From the NCBI GenBank assembly GCA_965205025.1, contig CBDBFU010000002.1:320001-384000 (forward strand): a DNA stretch of 64,000 bases, in the 5' to 3' direction. This document shows, piece by piece, positions 46,080 to 57,358 of this stretch; within the stretch, counting starts at the first letter, position 1, and each line of letters opens with the position of its first letter. This DNA comes from Candidatus Poribacteria bacterium. Lineage in GTDB: Bacteria; Poribacteria; WGA-4E; WGA-3G. A program made the translations under genes and the position numbers. The notes beneath the pieces were generated by a model. It saw nothing but the letters and a program-made list of their open reading frames with translations, was not told where the DNA came from and made no database searches.

Positions 46080-49007
46080 ATGAAGAACAACGATGATGCT
46101 CTCATCCAAGATGTTCTTGATGGTGATGATACGGCGTTTGCCACGCTTGTAAAAAAACACCACAAATCTGTTCACGCCCTTGTGTGGCGGAAAATCGGTG
46201 ATTTTCATATCGCTGAGGAAATTACACAGGATACATTCTTGAAAGCGTATCAGAGACTTTCAACGCTAAAAGAACCACAGCGTTTCTTGAGTTGGCTCTA
46301 TGTTATAGCAACAAACCGTTGTAAGGCATGGCATCGTAAGAAGCGTCTGTGGACACAACCGTTGGATAAAGCAAGTAATTCAGAGTTAGAAAAATCAGCT
46401 TATTCCAATTATGTCATCGAACAAAATAAACGAAAATTAGCTGAAACACAACAGGAAGTCGTCAAGAAACTGCTTGCCAAATTACCTGAGAGTGACCGGA
46501 CAGTCATCACACTCTACTACCTCGCGGAAATGTCCTATGAAGAGATTAGTAATTTTTTAGGTGTATCGGAAGCCGCTATTAGAAATCGTCTTTACCGAGC
46601 ACGACGCCGTCTAAAAAAGGAGGAAACAATGATTAGAGAAGCACTCGAACATTTCCAACTTTCACCGAACTTAACCGATAATATAATGCGAGAAGTTTCA
46701 CGTCTCAAACCTGCTGCCCCTTCTACCAGCAAACCTATAATCCCGTGGGTGATAGGTGCTACAAGCGCAGTATTGATTGCACTGATGTTTGGTATAGGGG
46801 GGCAGTTCTTAGCACATTTCCAAAAGCCGTATAGTTTAGACGCACAATCTGAAACTTCAGTTGAAATTGTTAATGCACAAGTTGTTCAAAACTTTGAGGT
46901 AAAATCAGACAACCGAAATCAGTCTGGAAATAGAACAGATTTAGGTGGTAGAAATGATGGCAATGATGAGAATACCAAACAGGTTATAGGTAATGGTGAT
47001 GGTGATTATACCCGATGGAATCTACCGGAAAGGGCGAAAGCACGTCTCAGCAAAGGACGCATAAATGGAATAAACTTTTCACCAGACGGAACTCAAATTG
47101 CAGTAGGTAGTGCTACTGGTGTTTGGATCTATGATGTTCGCACAGGTGCTGAACTTGCCCTGCTTACTGACCATACATCACGTACAGGGGAAGTAGTATT
47201 CTCTCCAGATGGTAAAACATTGGCAACGGGATTGAATAGTAAAATCTTACTGTGGAATACAGCAACAGGAAAACTTTTAAAGACTTTTAAAATAATAGAG
47301 GATGGGGTGGTAAAAGCACTAAGATTTATTGACGACGGCAAAACCCTTCGCTGTGACTATTACGACGGTTCAGTTCGCTTATGGGATATTACCACTGGCG
47401 TAAAAAAGGATTTCCGTCCTGCACCCCCACGTGGATTAAAAGGAATACCGAGACACATTATGGGGCAGGAAGTTACAGCCGCAGACTTATACCTTAACAA
47501 TGTTGACAACAAAGGCATTTTTGCGGTCGGGGAAATAGATGGTAAAATTCGGTTGGATGATGCTATGACCGGACAACACCTAAAAACTCTTCAAGACCAC
47601 AAAAACCGTATTTCAAAGTTGTTATTTTCACCTGATGGCACTCTTCTTGTTTCTAATGCCTATAATCAGGCTCCACTCCGTTTATGGGATGTAACCACCG
47701 GAAAATTGCTAAAAACGCTAACTAAAGATCTGGATATTCATAGGCAGATCCTGAATTTCTCTAAAGATGGGAAAACCTTGGCTTGTTCGGCGTGGATGAG
47801 GAAGACAGGGGATCGAAAAATTGAGTTATGGGATGTTGCAACTAAAACACTTCGTACCACTCTTTTCACAAAGTTAGACTCTAATATTCATCATCTGGCA
47901 TTTTCACTTGATTCTAAGACGGTTGCAACGGTGAACTGGAACGATGAAATCCAAGTATGGGATGTTAACACCGGTAAAGAATTGTCTTCTTTTACAACAA
48001 ACCATACGCCGGGGTCTACAACATTAGCGTTTTCATCAGATAGTACCATCTTGGCAAGCGGACAGGGCAAAACAATAAGGTTATGGGATACGTTCAACTT
48101 TACAGAACTTTCTCACCATATAGACACTGATACTGGCATCATTACCATCGTCTTATCACCTAATGGCAGAATATTGACTGGTGTAAGTGACTTCAGGATC
48201 GAGATAAAAAGAGGGAATGATTCTGTCATCGAAACTGTACGCGGTAGATTGCATGTATGGGAAACACACACAGGGAACAAACTATCTGAAACACCAGTTG
48301 AATCTCACAAAGGAGACGGACCAGAACATCCAGAGCAGAATTTTAATTCATCTGCTTACCTTGGAATGTATAATCCATCTATTTTTTCTAAAAATGGTCA
48401 CCTGCTTGCAACTGTTATAAATAAGAGAGGTGAGCACATGCTTATGACTAATCCAAATTCAGAATGGGCAAACAACCGATTTACTGTCCACTTATGGGCT
48501 GTTCCCTATGAGAAGTCTCATGCCACTCTCAAGGGACATACAAAAAAAATTAACGTATTAGCATTCACCCATAATGGAAAAATGATTGCAAGCGGAAGTG
48601 ACGACGGGACAATTCGACTGTGGAATACAAGTACTGGGACACAGATGTTAAGTATCCCCTCAAGAAAAACCAATTCCTTAGCATTTTCTGAGGATGGTAA
48701 AATCCTTGCAAGCAGCAATCCTGTTAATATTCAACTGTGGGATGTTGGTACCGGCACACAACTGAAATCTCTTAAAGCAGAAAACGATTCCGTGACCGTT
48801 TTGACATTTTCAACGGATAGCAATATTCTTGCATGTGGCAACCGAGACGGGACAATTCGACTGTGGGACCTTTCTACTGGGAACGAATTAACAACCTTCA
48901 AAGGTCATGTTGATCGGATAAACGCCTTATCTTTTTCATCAGATGGCAAAATGCTTGCCAGTAGTAGCGTTGATGGTGCCATATTCTTATGGAACATCTC
49001 TGCTTAA
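46080..49007 (+). CDS. ECF sigma - TM - WD40 fusion (#5)
   Basis: Start MKNNDD after GAGGT; sigma4 AAIRNRLYRAR; WNLPERAKARL then WD40 repeats. Confidence 0.9.
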   Translation: MKNNDDALIQDVLDGDDTAFATLVKKHHKSVHALVWRKIGDFHIAEEITQDTFLKAYQRLSTLKEPQRFLSWLYVIATNRCKAWHRKKRLWTQPLDKASNSELEKSAYSNYVIEQNKRKLAETQQEVVKKLLAKLPESDRTVITLYYLAEMSYEEISNFLGVSEAAIRNRLYRARRRLKKEETMIREALEHFQLSPNLTDNIMREVSRLKPAAPSTSKPIIPWVIGATSAVLIALMFGIGGQFLAHFQKPYSLDAQSETSVEIVNAQVVQNFEVKSDNRNQSGNRTDLGGRNDGNDENTKQVIGNGDGDYTRWNLPERAKARLSKGRINGINFSPDGTQIAVGSATGVWIYDVRTGAELALLTDHTSRTGEVVFSPDGKTLATGLNSKILLWNTATGKLLKTFKIIEDGVVKALRFIDDGKTLRCDYYDGSVRLWDITTGVKKDFRPAPPRGLKGIPRHIMGQEVTAADLYLNNVDNKGIFAVGEIDGKIRLDDAMTGQHLKTLQDHKNRISKLLFSPDGTLLVSNAYNQAPLRLWDVTTGKLLKTLTKDLDIHRQILNFSKDGKTLACSAWMRKTGDRKIELWDVATKTLRTTLFTKLDSNIHHLAFSLDSKTVATVNWNDEIQVWDVNTGKELSSFTTNHTPGSTTLAFSSDSTILASGQGKTIRLWDTFNFTELSHHIDTDTGIITIVLSPNGRILTGVSDFRIEIKRGNDSVIETVRGRLHVWETHTGNKLSETPVESHKGDGPEHPEQNFNSSAYLGMYNPSIFSKNGHLLATVINKRGEHMLMTNPNSEWANNRFTVHLWAVPYEKSHATLKGHTKKINVLAFTHNGKMIASGSDDGTIRLWNTSTGTQMLSIPSRKTNSLAFSEDGKILASSNPVNIQLWDVGTGTQLKSLKAENDSVTVLTFSTDSNILACGNRDGTIRLWDLSTGNELTTFKGHVDRINALSFSSDGKMLASSSVDGAIFLWNISA

Positions 49008-49513
49008 AGAAACTACGATCCCTGTAATATTTCTCTTTTCTGATCACGTGTTTGTTATTCTTAAGATGTATTGAAAGTGTCTACAATTGATGGCAATTTT
49101 CACAATCATAAATAGCGAAAACTATCAATCAATTATTACTTCCATTTCACTTTATTCCATATATTTCCCACCGCGGTTTCTCACCTCAAATAGACCTTAC
49201 ATCTTGACAAACCCGACTGATTTAGTAGAATAGTATTTCAATGTTTCCGACCAATCCTATCTAACCATTCTTACTTTTAGATAATCATCAATATTCTGTT
49301 ATTGTATTTATGGTATAATTCAACCTTCAGAAATAAATCGTACACATTTAAGACCTTCCCTTCTATCAATAATTAACCTTTTACTCGAATGATATATTAA
49401 CCTCCTTATATCAGCATGTTTTATTTTGCAGAATTACGCGACCATTTTACACCTATCATGCGTCACTATAGTTTGATATGACATTAATCAATTTATAGTT
49501 TCGGAGGTATCTG

Positions 49514-52500
49514 ATGAAAAACGACGATGTTGAACTTATCCAGATGTTTCTCGCTGGCGATGAACTCGCTTTCACTGAACTCGTAAAAAAGTATCATAAA
49601 CCAGTTCACGCACTGGCTTGGCGAAAAATTGAGGATTTCCATATCGCTGAGGACATCACTCAGGATACCTTCCTAAAAGTGTATCAGAGACTCCATACCT
49701 TGAAAGATCTCAGTCATTTTTCAGGATGGCTCTATGTCATAACAACAAACTTATGTACCACATGGCTACGCAGAAATCGAAAACAGACTGAACGATTGAA
49801 GGATGCAGAGATAACAATGACACAAAGTGATACTTACTCACAACATGTCAGAGATGATCGTGCTAACAGTGTAACGCAGGAACAACGAGAAGTTGTTAAG
49901 AAACTCCTCGCGAAGCTGAAAGAGAGTGAACGCACTGTGATGACACTCCACTACCTTGGAGAGATGAAGATTGAGGAAATCAGCAAATTCTTAGGAGTAT
50001 CCGTAAGCACAATCAAAACCCGTCTCATGCGTGCAAGACAACGTCTAAAAAAGGAGGAAACAATGATTAGAGAAGCACTCGAACATTTCCAAATATCACC
50101 AAACCTGACCAATAATATTATGCAAGAGGTGATGCGTTTAAAACCTACACCTTCTGGAAACAAACCCGTAATCCCATGGGCAATTACTGCAACAAGTATT
50201 GTTTTAATTGCGTTGATGTTAGGAATCGGCAACCAGTACTTAGCATACTTCCAACAACCTTATAGTTTAGAAGCACAAACTGAGATGGCAGTTGAACTTC
50301 TTGACACTCCCATTGTTCGATTACTTGAGACGGAACCGAATGTGCATCGACAGTTTGGCAATGCGAATGCGGAAGGTAAGAACGACACCCCAAGCCAAAC
50401 CCCTGATGATCTCTTATTGGCTGCTGCAGATATAGAAGGAGAAGACACTCCAACGACTAAACAACAATGGATTCAGGGAAACGCACCTGAATATCAATAT
50501 GGTACATCAGTAAGATCTCTATATCCTACCCCTGAAGGAGATATCTATATTTTTGCAAACGATCGTATAATCGCTAAATTACCAGCAAATGGAACTGAAT
50601 GGGAAGTTGTCAGTGATGTTAGTACACTGCACGATTATAGAAATCGGGATGATGAAATCCCTATCACCACTTTAAACGATACACTCTATATTGTCCTATC
50701 TGATGAACTCTTTTCATCTACAGATAAAGGTAAGACATGGCAGTCAGTCAGCAAATGTCCTCAAGGAAACATACTCGATTTGGTGGTAATAGACAATGTG
50801 TTTTATCTCGCCATGCAACATCAGATATTTCGTTCTACAGACATTGGAAAAACATGGGTAGCAGTGGAAGATGGCTTGCCAGCGGACATACGTGCAGTTA
50901 AGGTTATTCAAAATACGCTTTTTGTTTCCACACCCATTGATTGGGGGCAGGCACTGTATCGGCTTAATGGTGATAGTTGGGAACGCCTGCAGTTTCCAAA
51001 TGCTGAAATCCATAGTGTCCCTTCCTTTGGGGGAACTAAAGACGTTCTCTATGTAATTGCATCATTAAATGTAAGGAAAATTGATGGACGGAAGCAGGGG
51101 TGGTGGATTTTCCGCTCAGCTGACAAAGGAGATTCATGGACAGATGTAACACCCAAATACGCATGGAACATAAATGATGATCCACCTTCTGTAACATTTG
51201 CCTCAGCAGGAAATACAGTTTTGGTAATTGGTGCAAATGATGGTGCTGTCGTTCGTTCAATTGATAGGGGAAATTCATGGACACTGAAGGAAATCACCGG
51301 TATACCTGTAAAGTCTTACGGTATTATCGATACATTTTCACTTGACGAAAACACATTTTATTCACTTGGCAATTCTGGCTTCTTACGTTCTCTTGATGGT
51401 GGTCAATCGTGGAATAGAGTTGAAATTAGCCAAGAAAGTCGAATAGACCAACTCATCTGGATTAAACCTGACAAAAAGCAGAACACATCAGGAGACCTAT
51501 ACTGTAAGATAGTGAATGAGATATTTAAATCCAGTGATGCGGGAAAATCTTGGCAGATAGTTAATCCAAAGATCAATATTAGAGAATATAATATAGACGG
51601 ACCTCCAGTTTTTACTCGAATCAATAGTTCCGGTGATATTCTCTATGCAAAATATGGTGGATATTCGCTATCCAGTCTAAATACAGGTATATACCGTATA
51701 TCGGATGATGGGGACACATTTGTACCCATACAAGGCATGCCTATTTTCGATTCACGAAGATTACAATCTCTGATGTCTGCAGTATTAAATGGTAATTTGG
51801 ATTTATCAGAGAAAACCTTTGAAGAACAATTAAAAGAAGAATTCCTCGGTGCGGATCAGTTCTTTAAGACGTTGGGGAATTGGGATACCGATGAACAAGA
51901 AGGAATTACTGAGAGAAAACTATATTCAGAATATATTGAACTAATAAGTCAAGGGGTACGCGGTATGTTTGCCGTCAGCGGCAACACCTTCTACATGGAA
52001 TACAACTATAAACTCTTTCGATGGAAGCCGGGTGAATCAGAATGGTATGATACCGGTGTAGAAGAGACAGGTGAACTTAACAGAAGAAAATTTGTAAAAT
52101 CATTAGAACTTAAGGGTTTGTCACAGGAAATGATATACGATATCATCAGGGCATCGGCAGATTTTAAACTTGCTGTTTCAGGGAACACCATCTACGTCGG
52201 AAAACGAGATGGACAACTTGTCGCATCGTTTGACGAAGGGAATAATTGGATCGATTTCACGCCGGCTCTACCATTTCCTGTCACCTATTTTAAAGAGATT
52301 CTATTTGCTGGACCTACGGTGTATGTAGCAACAGATGCAGGTGTTGCAGCGACAGAAAATGGCAAAAGTTGGTATCCTCTCTCCGATGCATCAGGAACAC
52401 CTGTCAACATTGATAAACTTGCTGTTGATGGAAACACTCTTTACGGGTATAGCAAAAAAACAGGTATTTATCGCGTGGAAAACGGAAATTGGGTGCAGAT

Positions 52501-52609
52501 TTCCTCAGAGACACTACCTTATGTGAATTCTTTGGCTGTGTATGGGAACACACTATATGTGGGTTCGATGGAACAAGGCATGCATTTATACAAACTTGAA
52601 GATAACTAA
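49514..52609 (+). CDS. ECF sigma - TM - BNR propeller fusion (#6)
   Basis: sigma4 STIKTRLMRAR; SxDxGxTW repeats; paralog of #1/#2/#7. Confidence 0.9.
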   Translation: MKNDDVELIQMFLAGDELAFTELVKKYHKPVHALAWRKIEDFHIAEDITQDTFLKVYQRLHTLKDLSHFSGWLYVITTNLCTTWLRRNRKQTERLKDAEITMTQSDTYSQHVRDDRANSVTQEQREVVKKLLAKLKESERTVMTLHYLGEMKIEEISKFLGVSVSTIKTRLMRARQRLKKEETMIREALEHFQISPNLTNNIMQEVMRLKPTPSGNKPVIPWAITATSIVLIALMLGIGNQYLAYFQQPYSLEAQTEMAVELLDTPIVRLLETEPNVHRQFGNANAEGKNDTPSQTPDDLLLAAADIEGEDTPTTKQQWIQGNAPEYQYGTSVRSLYPTPEGDIYIFANDRIIAKLPANGTEWEVVSDVSTLHDYRNRDDEIPITTLNDTLYIVLSDELFSSTDKGKTWQSVSKCPQGNILDLVVIDNVFYLAMQHQIFRSTDIGKTWVAVEDGLPADIRAVKVIQNTLFVSTPIDWGQALYRLNGDSWERLQFPNAEIHSVPSFGGTKDVLYVIASLNVRKIDGRKQGWWIFRSADKGDSWTDVTPKYAWNINDDPPSVTFASAGNTVLVIGANDGAVVRSIDRGNSWTLKEITGIPVKSYGIIDTFSLDENTFYSLGNSGFLRSLDGGQSWNRVEISQESRIDQLIWIKPDKKQNTSGDLYCKIVNEIFKSSDAGKSWQIVNPKINIREYNIDGPPVFTRINSSGDILYAKYGGYSLSSLNTGIYRISDDGDTFVPIQGMPIFDSRRLQSLMSAVLNGNLDLSEKTFEEQLKEEFLGADQFFKTLGNWDTDEQEGITERKLYSEYIELISQGVRGMFAVSGNTFYMEYNYKLFRWKPGESEWYDTGVEETGELNRRKFVKSLELKGLSQEMIYDIIRASADFKLAVSGNTIYVGKRDGQLVASFDEGNNWIDFTPALPFPVTYFKEILFAGPTVYVATDAGVAATENGKSWYPLSDASGTPVNIDKLAVDGNTLYGYSKKTGIYRVENGNWVQISSETLPYVNSLAVYGNTLYVGSMEQGMHLYKLEDN

Positions 52610-52643
52610 TACCATATATTTCAATTCCTAAAGGAGAATAAAA

Positions 52644-53357
52644 ATGCGAAAGATCGTCGTTACAGGTATCATCTTTATTCTGATAATGATTGTTTGGATC
52701 GGTTATTTGAAATATGACACAAAGAATTTCATTGAAGAATTGTCTCATGAACCACTAAAACAAGTCGACAAAGATGCAAAGAACACAACAGAAACTACCA
52801 AGGACACCGTTACTAAAACCGAACAAACGGGTTTTGAAAACCCACTGTCGTCTTTACCAGAGGAAAAAACGGAAATTATCCAAGAAAATAATCATTCCGA
52901 CACCAACACAGAAAATAAAGACAACGTTTTGCAATCTGTACAGACCCCTGAAGAAACTGGAATCTCTCCTGAACTAAAGAAAGTCTTCTCAGAATACCAT
53001 AATCTCTATCGGAAATCGGAAGAGTTAAGCCTTGTGCTTGCTCCCCTTATTACACGTTCTGTTGAACTATCGCTCCGTCTCACGACGATTGGACAAGATC
53101 TCTCCGCAGCCAAAGATCAAGAAACAAGACGTAAAATAAGATCGGAATGGAATGAAATTGACAAATGGATTGAAGAGAACAAACCAGACATTATCAAACT
53201 TCAAAACGAAGCCACACAATTGTCTAATGAACGGTTACGTATCATCAACGCATACGGTTTTGCGACCGAAACAGATTTTTTGAAGGTTCATCGGAAAGAT
53301 TATGAAACTTGGGTATCTGACGAAGGGCTAAGTCAGTTATCTATTTTCAGAAGGTAA
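52644..53357 (+). CDS. Hypothetical protein with N-terminal membrane anchor and helical C-terminal domain
   Basis: AAGGAG RBS; hydrophobic N-terminus; 34 bp after ECF #6. Confidence 0.7.
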   Translation: MRKIVVTGIIFILIMIVWIGYLKYDTKNFIEELSHEPLKQVDKDAKNTTETTKDTVTKTEQTGFENPLSSLPEEKTEIIQENNHSDTNTENKDNVLQSVQTPEETGISPELKKVFSEYHNLYRKSEELSLVLAPLITRSVELSLRLTTIGQDLSAAKDQETRRKIRSEWNEIDKWIEENKPDIIKLQNEATQLSNERLRIINAYGFATETDFLKVHRKDYETWVSDEGLSQLSIFRR

Positions 53358-53725
53358 TTTACGGGCGGGGAAACCCCACCCTACGATAATTTTATGGACT
53401 GGATCACCGAAATATTTACTTAATCCTCATACGGTGTAGACAATAACCCTCTCTTTGTGCCACAAACTTCCAGTTTGTGTAGTATTTCAAGAAATAAATA
53501 TCACCTTATCATGGGAGAATCATTTATAGAAATGGTATTACTTAATCCTCATACGGTGTAGACAATAACCCCCTCTTTGTACCACAAACTTTTAGTTTGT
53601 GATCTTACTCCCTATCCTCCCCAATCACCCATCTCACTTTTCAACTGCTAAACCCAACCAAATTGCAAGGTTATTTAGTTTTCGTATTTTCTGCTATATT
53701 TTTCACATTTCTATATAAACTACCT

Positions 53726-53811
53726 GTAGGTTGGGTTGAGGAACGAAACCCAACAGGTAAAGCTGTCCATCAGGGAATGTTGAGTTTCACCTACGGTTCA
53801 ACCCAACCTAC
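53726..53811. repeat. GTAG-type REP doublet
   Basis: GTAGGTTGGGTTGAGGAACGAAACCCAAC ... GTTGAGTTTCACCTACGGTTCAACCCAACCTAC. Confidence 0.75.
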
Positions 53812-54086
53812 GAAATAAACTATTAGTAACACTAATCAACTGATAATTCTTTAAACTAAATAACCCAACCAAAATACGTAAGTCTGTATATGTTGATAAA
53901 TTGATGATATAATTCTATTCAAGGAATCAATCATACAGACTCTGTTCGTACCTTCTCGTTATCTGTAAAATTCATAATCCGTATAATCAGATAGTGTCCT
54001 CCTATATGTAAACCTGTTCCATTTTCAAATTTATGCACCAGTTTACCCTCAAATTTGCGTCACTATAGGGTAATCTGAGGATATTC

Positions 54087-57000
54087 ATGAAAACCACTGA
54101 TATTGATCTCATCCACCGCATTCTTGATGGCGATGATACTGCTTTCACAGAACTTGTGGAGAAATACCAAAAACCAGTTCATGCACTTGTGTGGCGTAAG
54201 ATTGGGGATTTCCATATTGCCGAGGAAATTACCCAGGATACATTTCTAAAGGTTTATCAGGAATTGAAGACACTGAAGAAACCACACAGTTTTGCAAGTT
54301 GGCTTTATGTAATTGCTGCAAACAACTGCAGTACGTGGCTACGTAATAAGCGTCAAATGCCAGAGTCGTTTGAGGATACAAACACCACACAATTGGAAAA
54401 ACCAACCTATTCGAGGTATGTCATCTCGGAAAAAGAACGAATAGCAATAGAATCGCAGCGTGAAGTCGTGGAAAAATTGCTTGCAAAACTTCAGGAAAGT
54501 GAACGTACAGTCATCACACTACACTATTTTGGTGAGATGTCAAGTGCGGAAATCGGAGCGTTCTTAGGTGTATCTGCAAATACGGTAAGAAGTCGTCTCC
54601 GACGCGCACAACAACGCCTAAAAAAGGAGGAAACAATGATTAGAGAAGCACTCGAACATTTTCAAATATCACCTAACTTGACTGATAATATCATAAAGAA
54701 AATTTCTCGAACAAAACAGGTCATACCGACATCTGGAAAACCAGTTATCCCATGGGCAATAGGGGCATCAAGTATTGTTTTTATTGTGTTACTATTGGGA
54801 TTCGGAAGCCAATACTTAGCACGTTTTCAGATACCCTATAGCCTGGATGCACAGACTGAAATGACGGTTGAACTTGTTGACGCTCCCGTTGTGCTAAATC
54901 TTGAGACGAGGTCAGATGCACGTCGTCAGTTTGGAAATCCAAATGCACTTGGTACAAGTGAAAATAACGGTCAGAAACCAGATGAGGTTTTATTAGCTGC
55001 TGCAGAGCCAGAAGGAGAAACCGTTTCTGTTCCCAAACAGCAGTGGATTCAGTCTGAAGCCATCAAAGGAAGTCGTGCTACAAGTTTGCACGCGACACCT
55101 GAAGGAGATCTCTACGTTTATGATTTTGATTTTCATAATAATATCTATAAATTACCTGCTAATGGAACAATGTGGCAATCTATCTCAGAAAATATCCGTT
55201 TGGATACTGTTTGGAGCATATCTCCAGCTATTACAAAATGGAATGATACACTCTATTTTATGCCAACGAACAAACTCTTTGCTTCAAAAGATGAAGGTAA
55301 AACCTGGAATTTACTTCATTCGTGGCAAGAGGGACATGGAGCAATCGAATTTGTACAAATGGAACAGGTTCTTTACGTTGCGTTTGAAAATGGAATCTTT
55401 AAATCAGAAGATGCTGGCAAGTCTTGGAATGCAATACACGATGAGAAAATCGAGTATATTGATTCACTGATCAATATCCAAAACACTTTATTTGTCCAAG
55501 CTTATAATAAACTCTACCGTTTGGAGGATGATAAATGGCAACTTCTTGAATTTCCAGTACCCGTCAGGAGGATTTTGTCAGTTGCAGTTTCTGAAGATAA
55601 GCTTTATGTTGCGGTATTCTTCAATTGGGAGGAAGCGAATGTAGATAGAGAAAAAATGGAACAGGGACTGGTACGTGGTTGGTGGATATACCGTTCAACG
55701 GACCTTGGCAACTCATGGCAAGATATAACACCGACAAACGCTTGGAACATAAAAGGATGGCCTCCCTATCCCAAAATGATTGCTACTGGTGAAACACTAC
55801 TCGTAATGGAACGGGGTATGGTGCGTTCTACCGATGGCGGGGCCACATGGATGCCACCACAACCACCGGACACCTCTCCGTTTATGCGGGATGATAATAA
55901 TGCTGTAGCATTAAATGAAAACACCTTTTATGTCAGTAGCGATGACGGTCTCTATCGTTCCACTGATGGCGGCAGTTCGTGGGAAATGGTAAAAGTTCCT
56001 CTGGATAAGACGAGGAGGATATTTTACAACCTAATCACTTCAGAAGGGAGCAAAAAAGGACAGAACAAACAAAATACTCTCTATGGGATAGTTGAAGTTT
56101 GGAAAATAACAAAAACTACTGACAATGGCAAGACTTGGAAGGACGTTAAAGTTGATCTGCCTATGACAAAACAACTTACAGAACCCATACCACATTTTAT
56201 CCAAATTGTTCCTTCCGGAAATGCAGTCTATGCCAAAGGTGGATCTGTTGGCGGAGGGAAAATGCGCCACTACAAAGTATCTAAAGATGGATATACATTG
56301 GTACCTATTCAAGACATGCCTGCCTTCAACTCGATTGAATTAAGAATGCATCTACATCAAGTACAAGACCTTTCTATTGAAGCGCTACAAGACAGTTTTT
56401 CAGGGGCGACTCAATTCTTCAAACAGATGCTCCAGCTACCTCCACAACTTCGGACAAAACTTGAAGAACTTGGATTACTTGGGCCTTTTGCAGTCAGTGG
56501 TGATACATTCTATTCGGAATATAACTTTAAGCTCTTCAGATGGGAACCCAGTAATACTGAATGGTACGACACTGGACAGGAAGAAACTACTGAATTGTCC
56601 TTGGACATATTTAAACCCCACTTCATCATTCCCAAACTTGCAGTATTAGGCGACACTGTCTACTACGGAAAGCGGGACGGCAGCCTTGTCGTATCGTTTG
56701 ATAGGGGAGACAATTGGATTGACCTCACACCGGGACTACCGTTTAAGGTGAAAACTTTCAAAGGGATCGTATTTGCTGGTACTACAGTGTACGTAGCGAC
56801 GAACGCAGGCATCATTACATCAGATGATGGAAAAGCTTGGAAAGTCGTCACTGACTCTGATGGAACCAATGTTATCATGGAGCATTTGGCAGCCGACGGT
56901 ACAACGCTATATGGCATCACCAAGAAAACAGCAGTATATCGTTTGGAAAGTGATAGTGACACTTGGAAACTACTTGATTCAGAGATACCTGCCATCCTAT

Positions 57001-57104
57001 ATTACGAGGGAGGGGATATCGTAACTTCTCTCGCTGCAGCTGATAACACGCTATACATAGGTAGTGAAAGAAGCGGTATGCTTCATTTCACTATTGAAAA
57101 ATAA
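54087..57104 (+). CDS. ECF sigma - TM - BNR propeller fusion (#7)
   Basis: sigma4 SANTVRSRLRRA; SxDxGxTW repeats. Confidence 0.9.
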   Translation: MKTTDIDLIHRILDGDDTAFTELVEKYQKPVHALVWRKIGDFHIAEEITQDTFLKVYQELKTLKKPHSFASWLYVIAANNCSTWLRNKRQMPESFEDTNTTQLEKPTYSRYVISEKERIAIESQREVVEKLLAKLQESERTVITLHYFGEMSSAEIGAFLGVSANTVRSRLRRAQQRLKKEETMIREALEHFQISPNLTDNIIKKISRTKQVIPTSGKPVIPWAIGASSIVFIVLLLGFGSQYLARFQIPYSLDAQTEMTVELVDAPVVLNLETRSDARRQFGNPNALGTSENNGQKPDEVLLAAAEPEGETVSVPKQQWIQSEAIKGSRATSLHATPEGDLYVYDFDFHNNIYKLPANGTMWQSISENIRLDTVWSISPAITKWNDTLYFMPTNKLFASKDEGKTWNLLHSWQEGHGAIEFVQMEQVLYVAFENGIFKSEDAGKSWNAIHDEKIEYIDSLINIQNTLFVQAYNKLYRLEDDKWQLLEFPVPVRRILSVAVSEDKLYVAVFFNWEEANVDREKMEQGLVRGWWIYRSTDLGNSWQDITPTNAWNIKGWPPYPKMIATGETLLVMERGMVRSTDGGATWMPPQPPDTSPFMRDDNNAVALNENTFYVSSDDGLYRSTDGGSSWEMVKVPLDKTRRIFYNLITSEGSKKGQNKQNTLYGIVEVWKITKTTDNGKTWKDVKVDLPMTKQLTEPIPHFIQIVPSGNAVYAKGGSVGGGKMRHYKVSKDGYTLVPIQDMPAFNSIELRMHLHQVQDLSIEALQDSFSGATQFFKQMLQLPPQLRTKLEELGLLGPFAVSGDTFYSEYNFKLFRWEPSNTEWYDTGQEETTELSLDIFKPHFIIPKLAVLGDTVYYGKRDGSLVVSFDRGDNWIDLTPGLPFKVKTFKGIVFAGTTVYVATNAGIITSDDGKAWKVVTDSDGTNVIMEHLAADGTTLYGITKKTAVYRLESDSDTWKLLDSEIPAILYYEGGDIVTSLAAADNTLYIGSERSGMLHFTIEK

Positions 57105-57205
57105 TGTAGTAAAGTCTATAATGCTATAAACACTATTGACAGCACGTTTATTGCGGATAGTATACATATTTTTAGATTTGACAATAAAATCAGGGCATTT
57201 TGTCT

Positions 57206-57232
57206 GGGCGGTGCTAAATACCGCCCTTTTCT
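57206..57232 (+). terminator. Rho-independent terminator
   Basis: GGGCGGT-gctaaat-ACCGCCC followed by TTTTCTTCTTT. Confidence 0.7.
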
Positions 57233-57358
57233 TCTTTATCCTTCTCTCTTTCCTTCCAAATTCTCATAATGCAGAATTATGCAACCGTTTTACAGCTAAT
57301 TTGCGTCATAATAGTCTGATATGTATTTGATCAAACTATCGCCTAATGGAGATACCTT

